From the IMG/VR virus record IMGVR_UViG_2778261009_000003, positions 1 to 14,454 of that record: a DNA stretch of 14,454 bases. The stretch is one strand, 5' to 3'. Of this stretch, positions 1 to 7,614 are shown in pieces; within the stretch, counting starts at the first letter, position 1, and each line of letters starts with the position of its first letter. A model generated the notes under the pieces. The model was not told the DNA's origin. It did not search any database and saw nothing but the letters and a program-made list of their open reading frames with translations. The position numbers and the translations under genes were made by a program. Source of the stretch: a virus. Lineage: Duplodnaviria; Heunggongvirae; Uroviricota; Caudoviricetes.

Positions 1-128
1 GCTGGAAAGGCTGGGCCATACTCCTCCGGCAGAAGCAGAAAAAGCTTATTATGCTTCCATCGGAAACGATGATCTGGCAGCCTGAGTTCACAGATAAAAC
101 ACTCTCCAGGAAACCCGGGGCGGTTCAG
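1..128. repeat. Left copy of a perfect 128-bp inverted repeat (partner 14327..14454)
   Basis: Checked base by base: the reverse complement of 1..128 equals 14327..14454. The match stops at position 129 (g, where the partner strand would give t). This copy lies inside the HAD reading frame. Confidence 0.95.
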
Positions 129-548
129 GTGAAGTCGCTACGTGAAGCGGTTCATGAAGTGAATGGAATATGGAAATTTGCCCTTACAGATACTGATACA
201 GCTAAATTACAAAATTTCAATCAAACCGTTGAAGAAGAGCTTGGGCTTACATGCGAATGGTCGTGGCATGACCAAGTAGATATAGCACAAACCGGAAACA
301 GCAAAGGTAAACGATTGGCACAATGGGTTGAGTCTCAGGGTTTATCAATGAACCAAGTTATTGCTTTTGGGGATAACCATAACGATCTTAGTATGCTAAA
401 AAATGCTGGTCTTGGCGTGGCTATGGGTAATGCCGTAGATGAAGTGAAAGAATGTGCTGATTTAGTGATAGGAACTAACATGGAATCAGGAATTGCTGAG
501 ATAGTTAACAGATATTTTGATCATGTACCTGCACAAAATGTTTTATGA
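3..548 (+). CDS. Cof-type HAD-IIB family hydrolase (sugar-phosphatase-like), 5'-partial, runs off the window start
   Basis: Frame 3 is open from position 3 with no stop; stop codon at 546-548. The C-terminal motif VIAFGDNHNDLSMLKNAGLGVAMGNA matches the HAD motif III/IV region of Cof/YbiV-like phosphatases as I remember them. About 41% GC in a hand-counted 100-nt sample. Confidence 0.75.
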   Translation, partial: WKGWAILLRQKQKKLIMLPSETMIWQPEFTDKTLSRKPGAVQVKSLREAVHEVNGIWKFALTDTDTAKLQNFNQTVEEELGLTCEWSWHDQVDIAQTGNSKGKRLAQWVESQGLSMNQVIAFGDNHNDLSMLKNAGLGVAMGNAVDEVKECADLVIGTNMESGIAEIVNRYFDHVPAQNVL

Positions 549-575
549 TTTTGAAACTACTAGGAGAGTTGACCA

Positions 576-785
576 ATGACAGATGAACAATTTGAAAATA
601 ACTATCCAAGAGATCAATATAGCTACGTACGTAAGAGCTTTAGAACCAAAGGGACAATGGGACAAACAGAAATTGAAGTCTTTGATATTGTCACAAAAGG
701 TACTGGTGAAGTTGTGCTCACAGCGACACGAACAGAACATACTAATCTGCGTGGTTTAAACACTACAGTTAACTGGGATTGGTAA
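576..785 (+). CDS. Small hypothetical protein (69 aa), probably host-encoded
   Basis: ATG at 576 preceded by AGGAG (562-566) with 9-nt spacing; followed by a hairpin at 800-827. No family recognised. Confidence 0.55.
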   Translation: MTDEQFENNYPRDQYSYVRKSFRTKGTMGQTEIEVFDIVTKGTGEVVLTATRTEHTNLRGLNTTVNWDW

Positions 786-793
786 TGATTAGC

Positions 794-830
794 AAAAATA
801 AAGCCCGCTCAATTTACTGCGGGCTTTGTA
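794..830. terminator. Rho-independent terminator-like hairpin, probably bidirectional
   Basis: Stem aaagcccgc (800-808) pairs with gcgggcttt (819-827) around a 10-nt loop; A-run upstream on plus gives a U-tract on the minus strand. Sits where composition shifts from host-like to AT-rich. Confidence 0.5.
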
Positions 831-859
831 GATCATAAGATTATCTGAGAACTCTTGAA

Positions 860-889
860 TTCGACAATCTATTCATCGGTGATTAAAAT
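860..889 (+). promoter_or_regulatory. Candidate sigma70-like promoter (TTCGAC, 18-nt spacer, TAAAAT) that would give a near-leaderless transcript for the 897 ORF
   Basis: Hexamers read by eye at 860-865 and 884-889. No Shine-Dalgarno precedes ATG 897. Weak evidence. Confidence 0.2.
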
Positions 890-896
890 CTCTTAT

Positions 897-1601
897 ATGA
901 AAAAACATCATTTTAAAAAATTAGTTAAACAAATTAAATTTTCTCATATAGCTTGTTTAGCAGTCGGAATACTGATCCCGATATATATAGATGTCTTAGG
1001 TTTTCATGAATTTAATAGTTCTACTGTATCTGCCATTATGGATACAGTATTGGCAAGCATTGCTACTTATACACTATATAAAGTCAAAAATTGGTACAAT
1101 GAAAAGACACATACGAAAGGATTCGAACAAGCAAATAATTTTATTGTTCATTTATCCGATGCTAAATTAAAGTCAGAAAAAGTATTTGAGCACATAATGA
1201 ATATGTATTGCTATTTAGGCACCAAAAATTTGGGAAAAACAGACCCACATTATGAAAAACTCAATAATGAAATTGAGACATTATGGTTAGATTTTAAAAC
1301 TCATTTATCTGTGCTTTCTTCACAAAAAGACATATTAAAAGTTTGGGAAATCGAAATAAGACCAGATCAACGAGATGGCATAACCCAGTACATTAGTACT
1401 TTATATAAATTTTCAGAGCTTAGCCAAATGATGATCTTTTCATATAAAGATGTTAATGGCATGGCTCGTAAAAAATCATATGAGTTCAATCAAATTAGCT
1501 TCAATCAATGCTATGCCTTAACACAGATTCTATCTACATCTTGGATGAACACCTGGAGGTCATTATTTGTAATTACTAAGTCAACCACCCACCATGATTA
1601 A
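897..1601 (+). CDS. Hypothetical membrane protein with two predicted N-terminal TM helices and a roughly 170-aa soluble domain
   Basis: Long open frame in very AT-rich DNA (about 26% GC in sample 901-1000), where chance ORFs of this length are unlikely. The ORF track starts at TTG 855; ATG 897 (MKKHHFKKL) is preferred. Hydrophobic segments IACLAVGILIPIYIDVLGF and VSAIMDTVLASIATYTLY. Start uncertain. Confidence 0.5.
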   Translation: MKKHHFKKLVKQIKFSHIACLAVGILIPIYIDVLGFHEFNSSTVSAIMDTVLASIATYTLYKVKNWYNEKTHTKGFEQANNFIVHLSDAKLKSEKVFEHIMNMYCYLGTKNLGKTDPHYEKLNNEIETLWLDFKTHLSVLSSQKDILKVWEIEIRPDQRDGITQYISTLYKFSELSQMMIFSYKDVNGMARKKSYEFNQISFNQCYALTQILSTSWMNTWRSLFVITKSTTHHD

Positions 1602-1871
1602 AAGTATCTGTAGTAGCTCACCTAGTGGAATTTGTATTAATACAATACCAAACGCATCAAGAACAGGAACAATTATCCAATTATATAAAATGATTAGGGA
1701 AAGTACAAAACCAAGGAAGTTTCTCCAGTGAAAGGTGTTTTGCTCAATTTCAATTTTATTTGTCTCAATCTGTCCATCAGTGTTAGTTTTATGTTCCTCT
1801 TTTTCAATTATTTTTGTCTTTGTAAAAAGACTCATTATCGTACTAATTAATACGGAGATTGCATTTATCAT
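1581..1871 (-). CDS. Small membrane protein (96 aa) with a hydrophilic middle and two C-terminal TM helices
   Basis: ATG at 1871 with AAGGA 8 nt upstream; begins 12 nt after the stop of the upstream minus-strand ORF. Its 3' end overlaps the 3' end of the convergent 897..1601 ORF by 21 nt. Confidence 0.5.
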   Translation of the reverse strand: MINAISVLISTIMSLFTKTKIIEKEEHKTNTDGQIETNKIEIEQNTFHWRNFLGFVLSLIILYNWIIVPVLDAFGIVLIQIPLGELLQILLIMVGG

Positions 1872-1882
1872 ATTTCATTTCC

Positions 1883-2203
1883 TTATTGTAACTGGCATAC
1901 GACTGACCAAACGCGATGACCTTTGTAGACTTGATTAAAACATGACAGTACTGCTACTGTCTTATTATCACCAAGACATACGGTATCGAGTACATCACCA
2001 TCATTAACATTCGGAATATTGTTTAGATTGAAACTGAATACAATCAAATTCCCTTTACTCTTATCTACCTTCTTTTTAATTAACTTGCTACCCGAAAACA
2101 CTTTGTCATATGGCAAAGTAACACTTACAGGTTTGACGTTTTGAAATAGGAATTCATCCAGTACGGTATGGTCATAACAGGGATATTGATCAAGTATATT
2201 CAT
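1883..2203 (-). CDS. Hypothetical protein (106 aa if started at the internal Met; track ORF starts at 2215)
   Basis: Internal ATG at 2201-2203 is preceded by GGAG at about 6-nt spacing and overlaps the stop of the upstream ORF (TAATG). No family recognised. Confidence 0.45.
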   Translation of the reverse strand: MNILDQYPCYDHTVLDEFLFQNVKPVSVTLPYDKVFSGSKLIKKKVDKSKGNLIVFSFNLNNIPNVNDGDVLDTVCLGDNKTVAVLSCFNQVYKGHRVWSVVCQLQ

Positions 2204-2796
2204 TATTTTCTCCATTTATATTCGAATGTACCACTCATAGTTTGAAGTTGTCGTAATACCATTTTTTCGGTTGTGTCATAAAAATCAAATATTGGTTTTC
2301 TTCCAACACTTCCATAATAACCAATAACACGTTCCTTACTCGTTTTCGTCTTCTTGGTAGTGTCGATTAGATATGTCTTTCCAGACGTCTTACTCTTCAC
2401 TTTTTTATATTTATCGTTCTTACGCTTTGATTTAAGTTGACTTATATTACCCTGTTTTGTCTTCTTGGCGTTTTGGTATGGGATCGCTTTATATTCCTTA
2501 TTCCCTACATAATCAGGGTCAATAATATGCTTTAAGTATCTCGCCTGATTTCCCAGTACTATAATCTGGTTTACACTCTCAAATTCATTAAGCCGTTTAA
2601 AATTAAAGTACATCGCTCTACCCGTATATGGAATTACACCACCATCTACTTCCTGGTTAATTTTATGCTGTATCTGTTGGGTAACATTACGCATACGATT
2701 ACTTAGTTCTTTTTTGAAGTGTTTACCGATCTTTGGGGAATTTTTATTAACAAATTTTTTCATATCATCTGGTGAATGACCATTCTTCCATTTCAT
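2203..2796 (-). CDS. Lysine-rich basic protein (197 aa), putative DNA-binding partner with a NUMOD3-like N-terminal motif
   Basis: ATG overlaps the upstream stop as ATGA; GAGAGG RBS 6 nt upstream. N-terminus KNGHSPDDMKKF resembles the NUMOD3 motif of GIY-YIG homing endonucleases (from memory). Lys-rich tract KSKRKNDKYKKVKSKTSGK. Confidence 0.5.
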   Translation of the reverse strand: MKWKNGHSPDDMKKFVNKNSPKIGKHFKKELSNRMRNVTQQIQHKINQEVDGGVIPYTGRAMYFNFKRLNEFESVNQIIVLGNQARYLKHIIDPDYVGNKEYKAIPYQNAKKTKQGNISQLKSKRKNDKYKKVKSKTSGKTYLIDTTKKTKTSKERVIGYYGSVGRKPIFDFYDTTEKMVLRQLQTMSGTFEYKWRK

Positions 2797-3221
2797 GATA
2801 ACCTCTCTAATAATTGTTGCAGTACTTTGAATGTTTCAGAACGATTTTTACCAAGCCGTACTTTACACATCACGGCAAGATTCAAATTATTTGATTGCTG
2901 TCCTAAGAATAGAATCAACGCCGCTTCTACCTGCTCGGCTTCATTCGTCGTACTGAAACACCATAGTATTTGTTTTTCATAGTTCAGACCTGAATCGACC
3001 ATTGCCTGCACTTTCTTTGAGGAAGAATAATAATTCTCCCAGTTGGATTCCTTTGTAGTTGGCTTCAGCTTCTTTACATCCCGAATACCTTTGAAGATTG
3101 ACTTTACACCAAAATAATATGAACCATCGTCAAAAGTGATCATATATACAAAAGCTGCATACCTCCCGTCATTTATATCTTCATAATCCCATGTCTCAGG
3201 ATCATGCATTGTCCATTTCAT
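2793..3221 (-). CDS. GIY-YIG-like nuclease domain protein (about 142 aa from ATG 3221; track ORF starts at TTG 3236)
   Basis: Motif FVYMITFDDGSYYFG fits the GIY-(10 aa)-YIG spacing; Arg 8 residues after, then NEAEQVEAAL and SNNLNLA resemble the I-TevI Glu and Asn regions (from memory, not aligned). About 31% GC. Confidence 0.5.
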   Translation of the reverse strand: MKWTMHDPETWDYEDINDGRYAAFVYMITFDDGSYYFGVKSIFKGIRDVKKLKPTTKESNWENYYSSSKKVQAMVDSGLNYEKQILWCFSTTNEAEQVEAALILFLGQQSNNLNLAVMCKVRLGKNRSETFKVLQQLLERLS

Positions 3222-3257
3222 ATAAATACCCCACAAACAATAATTTATGAGGTATTT

Positions 3258-3704
3258 ATGTGTTTAAGAGAAAAATTAAAAGTATATGAAGGTACGAAAG
3301 AATACCAAGCCCATATGGGTTATTATCGCAATGGTAAATTCTGGGTGTATAAATGTAGTGAGAACAAAGATACGATTGGATATGGACATCTACTAAAAGC
3401 CTCTGAATCGTTCTCTAACGGCATTAACGAGGATGAAGCAGATAAACTACTGGATAAAGATATTGGCATTGCCAAACGTGATTTATCTACCTTAAATTTG
3501 AAATTACCACAGGACTGGGAAGACTTCATGGTTATTATGATTTTTCAGTTAGGCTTAGGTGGTACTAAGAAGTTTAAAAAGATGATCATTGCATTACAAA
3601 ACAATAATTATACAGAAGCAATTAAACAGGCAAAGGATAGTTTATGGTATCGTCAGACACCGAATAGACTTGACAAAATGATTAAAGATTTAATTAACAA
3701 ATAA
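3258..3704 (+). CDS. Phage lysozyme / endolysin, GH24 T4-lysozyme-like
   Basis: TIGYGHLL and SLWYRQTPNR closely parallel T4 lysozyme TIGIGHLL and SRWYNQTPNR. GAGG RBS 6 nt before ATG 3258 (track ORF starts at 3204, rejected). No signal peptide or SAR-like N-terminus. Confidence 0.8.
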   Translation: MCLREKLKVYEGTKEYQAHMGYYRNGKFWVYKCSENKDTIGYGHLLKASESFSNGINEDEADKLLDKDIGIAKRDLSTLNLKLPQDWEDFMVIMIFQLGLGGTKKFKKMIIALQNNNYTEAIKQAKDSLWYRQTPNRLDKMIKDLINK

Positions 3705-3735
3705 AAAAGGGGCATTAAGCCCCTTTTTATTTTTC
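3703..3735. terminator. Bidirectional rho-independent terminator between convergent genes
   Basis: A-run, GGGGC stem, ATTAA loop, GCCCC stem, T-run; lies between the lysozyme stop (3702-3704) and the 88-aa gene stop (3727-3729). Confidence 0.65.
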
Positions 3736-3993
3736 AAGTATCACAAGAATACGTGCAATATCTACTTCAAGTCGTCTGATTGATTCATCAACTGACTTAA
3801 GAGTAATCTTCATAGCTTCATGCTCACTTCGTAATGTAGTAACAGATTGTTCTACAAGTGCAAGTCGTGTTTCTACTGAGGCAAGACGTGCTTCTATTTC
3901 TGCATCATCAGTCTTATTATCACGAATGATAGTCCAGATTAATGCTACAAAAGTTAGAAAAACTGCAATCCCTGCAATTACCAATTCTACCAT
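3727..3993 (-). CDS. Small membrane-anchored coiled-coil protein (88 aa), possible lysis-associated (holin- or spanin-like) protein
   Basis: One N-terminal TM segment (LVIAGIAVFLTFVALIWTII) then a heptad-like charged helix. AAGGGA RBS upstream. No embedded lipoprotein ORF found in other frames, so not a classic Rz/Rz1 pair. Function is a guess. Confidence 0.45.
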   Translation of the reverse strand: MVELVIAGIAVFLTFVALIWTIIRDNKTDDAEIEARLASVETRLALVEQSVTTLRSEHEAMKITLKSVDESIRRLEVDIARILVILEK

Positions 3994-4055
3994 TCCCTTT
4001 AGTTCCCTTTTTAATTATTATAGGTAGTTTTTAGGCTACCCATATTTATTTAGTT

Positions 4056-7000
4056 TTAGTTACTAACGGGGTTCTCACCACTACGGAATAAGAAGAGATC
4101 AAGTCTGTCACCTGGTAGATTATTGTTTCCCTGATGTTCGCCTATATCCAGTCCACATGAACCACTACGGCCATCTGAAGCCATTACATATAGATAATTC
4201 ATCTTACCCCTACCTACAGCAGGAATTTGAATATTATCAATTTTATATGAAACTGGCGTATCTTCACCACCGGAACCTGCATCATAACCCCATAATAGAC
4301 GGTTTGCTATTCCATCCCCACCAACAAACACTTGAAAATAGTTCCACTTCCAGCATGTAAAATAAAAACTCATATTACTATTCAGAGTCCTTGCAAAGTC
4401 CTCCCCTTTAATACGCAATCCTACATATAGTCGACCTGGTTCTGGTCTATAGTTTTCTGGGAATTCTACCCCAGGAGGTGCCCATACGTTCCCCTGTCGA
4501 TTAACTCCAGTACTTTGAGGTCTGCACTGATCACCAACAATACGTGATGCATTAAGAGTACCAAGAATTGTACAGTCCTGGTTAATAGTAACATTATTCA
4601 TGGTTCCACTGGTTGCCTGAATATTACCCCGTACTGATACGTCCTGGAAGCTTGCCTTACCATTCTTATTGATCATCCAGCCTGTACTACCATTCCAGTT
4701 TGTAGATTGAATTTGCTGGGATATTTTTGCTGAGTCGATAACCCCGTTAACTATGTGTCCATTAAGGATTGAAGCATTGGCTATGCGAGCTGAGTCGATT
4801 GCTGCTATCTGAATTTTCGCACGCGAAACGGCAAGGTCATTTATCTGCCCTGTGTTTATACTCGCGTCTCCAATGACCGCACTATTGATATAAGTCTTAC
4901 CATTCTGAACTACAAACGGATATACCTTATCAGTCTGTTTAGCACTGTCAGTAGAAATAATACTGAAACGATCTGCCATTACCGTAAATGCTGAGTTTTT
5001 CCCGTCATTAGCAAGTGATACACCTGACACGTTGCCGTTATTCGTCACCTGAACCTGCCAGCGTGAACCAAGGTCATCAACAATATGTTTCTCAATAATG
5101 CCTGTGGCAACATCTGAATTCAGTAATTCATCTACAACATCATCATTTAGCTTTGAGTACGGAACTTTAGTATTCTGGTTAAAACCAATAGTTGGCGACC
5201 ATACTAATTCATCCTGTCCCATTACATCATATGCTGCAAGACGTCCGAACCACGATCCATCCTCTATCCCAAATGAAGCTGAGAAGCGGTTAGAAGAACT
5301 GAAATAGTGAACATCCGAACTAAAACCCTCATCCTTAGCACACTGGAACACTACACCAGAATAGTCTGGTACGTTTGATTCATCCCATTCTAAGAACACA
5401 TTATCATAGCCATTACGCAAACGTACACCAAGTAATTGGGGGTGCTGTGGGTTACTTACTTCAATCTGTACTTCTTCTGAATAAATTCCAGTACCGTGAC
5501 CGTGGGCAATAATACCAATTACACGATATCTGTTAAGTCCATCAGATTGATTCATTGCAAAGGTATATATCCAGTTAAAGTCCGTTGTAAAGTACGACTT
5601 AATATATGTACGATAACGGTCATACACACGAATTTCATAATATTTGAAAAAATCAGAGAATCGTTTTCCATTTACTGGCAAAGTACTTTGTTCATCCCAT
5701 CTGAATATAAAATCTTGTGAATAAGTCTGGTTCAATCCCATATTATCGTTAGTCATATCAAGATTAGTAATCTTTGGTAGGGCAAAAATCACCTGTGGAG
5801 TTTGATTATAAATTGCAACTAACTCAGATGAATAACCGAGAGTGTTATACGCCTCAATACCAAAATCATATTTAACACCGTGGATTAGATTCAGTATCTG
5901 AAACTCTGTGGTGTACTGTCCTACGTTACCAATCGAGATCCATGTATTCGAATCACTGCGTTTATATCTAATCTTATAACCCCGTACGCTTGAATCCTGG
6001 CTTAAATCCCATGTCATAAGCACGGCATTACCGTTAACGGTTGCACCAAGTTTCTGCACCTGCAAGTTTGATGGAGGTTCTACGTATGTCGCGTTTGGTA
6101 GATTTGTGATCCCGTCCTGTGGGAATCGTCCATGGTCTTTCCCCTGATATATGCCGTCCGCATAGGCTATAGCGGTAATCTGTACGACACCAGTCTTATC
6201 TACGGTCATCGGTACAGTACGTTGTATTACACGGAACTTATTATTAACAAATCCGGCTTCTTTGAAACTGAGTGTAAAAACATCGTAGACTGTGAGATCG
6301 GTAACGTATGTGTTAAAAGTTATACTATTAAGAACATACTTAGATTTTAATAGTTCGGTATTAGCCATTTTAGCAAGTTGTTTTTTGTCCTGAATCCATT
6401 TTAGATTAAGGTCTTTTTTAATGATTAAACCATCCCGTACCACTGTTTCATTTGTAAGCGTATCACTTGGATAACGAATAATATCTTCTGAGTAATCACC
6501 GCCTGGGTTTGTATAGGTCACATCGAATACGTTCGCATAATCCGTATTAGAACCAGTTGTGATATTCACAGTACCGAGAATGTTTTTTTCATCAAAATGA
6601 TATAGTGGGACATCGGCAGTATCTACGGTGAGATACATAATACCATTCGATTCATATATTACACCACCGAATGTAGACAAGATGCTTTCAAGGTTTTCTT
6701 TATATGACTTATCATAGGCAATAGCACCATTTGAATATAGTTCATTATTCTTACAGTACATTGCACAATTACGAAATGATGCAATATCAATATCATTAGG
6801 ATCAGTGTTGAAACCAAATTCATTATTTGTGATAAAGTCATATAACTGACTCGGTGGATTACTGGAGGGTTTACGAATGTTATCAGTAAGGTCATAAATT
6901 AGACGTCCTTTCATCTCCAATGAAAGTGCATAGTTTTGATTCACTAAAATACCATCAGTCAGACTACCATTAGTCTTACGGATAACCGAACAAACCTGTA

Positions 7001-7613
7001 CTAATCCATCACCACGCATTTCATCAGTCCAGCGAGATCCGCCATATTGCCGGGCAAGTGTCATAGAACCACCATAAGACGGCTTTCCAAAACGAATTTC
7101 GAGCTGGAGGAAGTTACGATACTTCTCACGCATAAGGGATGTAGAAACAATACCCTCACTGGTTATTTCGGCATCATCTAGTAAGATTGGACTGTTATCA
7201 AAGTATACCTGTTTAATTACGGCACCAGATTGTGCACCTGGAGCACGTCCGATCTCCCCGATACTAATAGCATGCACTGTGCATAGTTGGTTACTTTGTC
7301 CCTTATAGACGTTCTGCCATACGACAATGGAACCTACCTTAACAAATGATTCTTCGGTCAGGCTTCTATTAGTACCGCCATATACAATCGGTATCCCAGT
7401 ACTGGGTGAAGTACTTCGAGAGTTAACCGTTCCAGTACTGGGATAGTTTACCCCCTGATCTCCAACACGCATCATCTGGGAGGATGCAACATAGGATAAT
7501 GCTGCTACACCAACACCAATAGCGATAGATGCTGCAAGACCCACTGCTGCGTAAGCTGCGGCGGCGGCTGATGCACCTGCTATTACTGCTGTTAATACGG
7601 CTGCTACTGCCAT
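4056..7613 (-). CDS. Host specificity protein J-like central tail fibre / tail tip protein (1185 aa) with an N-terminal gpI-like hydrophobic extension
   Basis: C-terminal SGTMNNVTINQDCTILGTLNASRIVGD parallels lambda J SGTLSNVTIAENCTINGTLRAEKIVGD (from memory). FN3-like segment around KIRYKRSDSNTWISIG. GGAGGG RBS 7 nt upstream. About 46% GC. Confidence 0.85.
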   Translation of the reverse strand: MAVAAVLTAVIAGASAAAAAYAAVGLAASIAIGVGVAALSYVASSQMMRVGDQGVNYPSTGTVNSRSTSPSTGIPIVYGGTNRSLTEESFVKVGSIVVWQNVYKGQSNQLCTVHAISIGEIGRAPGAQSGAVIKQVYFDNSPILLDDAEITSEGIVSTSLMREKYRNFLQLEIRFGKPSYGGSMTLARQYGGSRWTDEMRGDGLVQVCSVIRKTNGSLTDGILVNQNYALSLEMKGRLIYDLTDNIRKPSSNPPSQLYDFITNNEFGFNTDPNDIDIASFRNCAMYCKNNELYSNGAIAYDKSYKENLESILSTFGGVIYESNGIMYLTVDTADVPLYHFDEKNILGTVNITTGSNTDYANVFDVTYTNPGGDYSEDIIRYPSDTLTNETVVRDGLIIKKDLNLKWIQDKKQLAKMANTELLKSKYVLNSITFNTYVTDLTVYDVFTLSFKEAGFVNNKFRVIQRTVPMTVDKTGVVQITAIAYADGIYQGKDHGRFPQDGITNLPNATYVEPPSNLQVQKLGATVNGNAVLMTWDLSQDSSVRGYKIRYKRSDSNTWISIGNVGQYTTEFQILNLIHGVKYDFGIEAYNTLGYSSELVAIYNQTPQVIFALPKITNLDMTNDNMGLNQTYSQDFIFRWDEQSTLPVNGKRFSDFFKYYEIRVYDRYRTYIKSYFTTDFNWIYTFAMNQSDGLNRYRVIGIIAHGHGTGIYSEEVQIEVSNPQHPQLLGVRLRNGYDNVFLEWDESNVPDYSGVVFQCAKDEGFSSDVHYFSSSNRFSASFGIEDGSWFGRLAAYDVMGQDELVWSPTIGFNQNTKVPYSKLNDDVVDELLNSDVATGIIEKHIVDDLGSRWQVQVTNNGNVSGVSLANDGKNSAFTVMADRFSIISTDSAKQTDKVYPFVVQNGKTYINSAVIGDASINTGQINDLAVSRAKIQIAAIDSARIANASILNGHIVNGVIDSAKISQQIQSTNWNGSTGWMINKNGKASFQDVSVRGNIQATSGTMNNVTINQDCTILGTLNASRIVGDQCRPQSTGVNRQGNVWAPPGVEFPENYRPEPGRLYVGLRIKGEDFARTLNSNMSFYFTCWKWNYFQVFVGGDGIANRLLWGYDAGSGGEDTPVSYKIDNIQIPAVGRGKMNYLYVMASDGRSGSCGLDIGEHQGNNNLPGDRLDLFLFRSGENPVSN

Positions 7614-7614
7614 G

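Noticed and set aside
543-740. 65-aa minus-strand ORF antisense to the 576..785 gene
   Set aside because: Fully overlaps a gene with a strong RBS and terminator on the other strand; no RBS; Cys/Phe-rich composition typical of antisense artefacts.
1735-1938. 67-aa plus-strand ORF
   Set aside because: Antisense to the 96-aa membrane ORF, which has a good RBS; low-complexity hydrophobic translation of AT-rich DNA.
3222-3236. GIY motif in the N-terminal MWGIY of the track ORF
   Set aside because: That Met is a TTG codon reported as M by the ORF track; the likely start is ATG 3221, so these residues are probably untranslated. The internal FVY...YFG motif is the one considered.
3204-3257. Upstream ATG 3204 as the lysozyme start (MHCPFHINTPQ...)
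   Set aside because: The ATG at 3258 has a GAGG RBS at ideal spacing and begins where lysozyme similarity starts; the extension would overlap the divergent gene start.
3727-3993. Rz/Rz1-type spanin pair with an embedded o-spanin
   Set aside because: Alternative frames inside the 88-aa gene were scanned by eye and no embedded ORF with a start codon and lipobox was found.
4157-6895. Several 60-80 aa ORFs on the plus strand (4157, 5098, 5496, 6132) and one on the minus strand (6659)
   Set aside because: All are embedded within the 1185-aa J-like gene, antisense or out of frame; no RBS seen.
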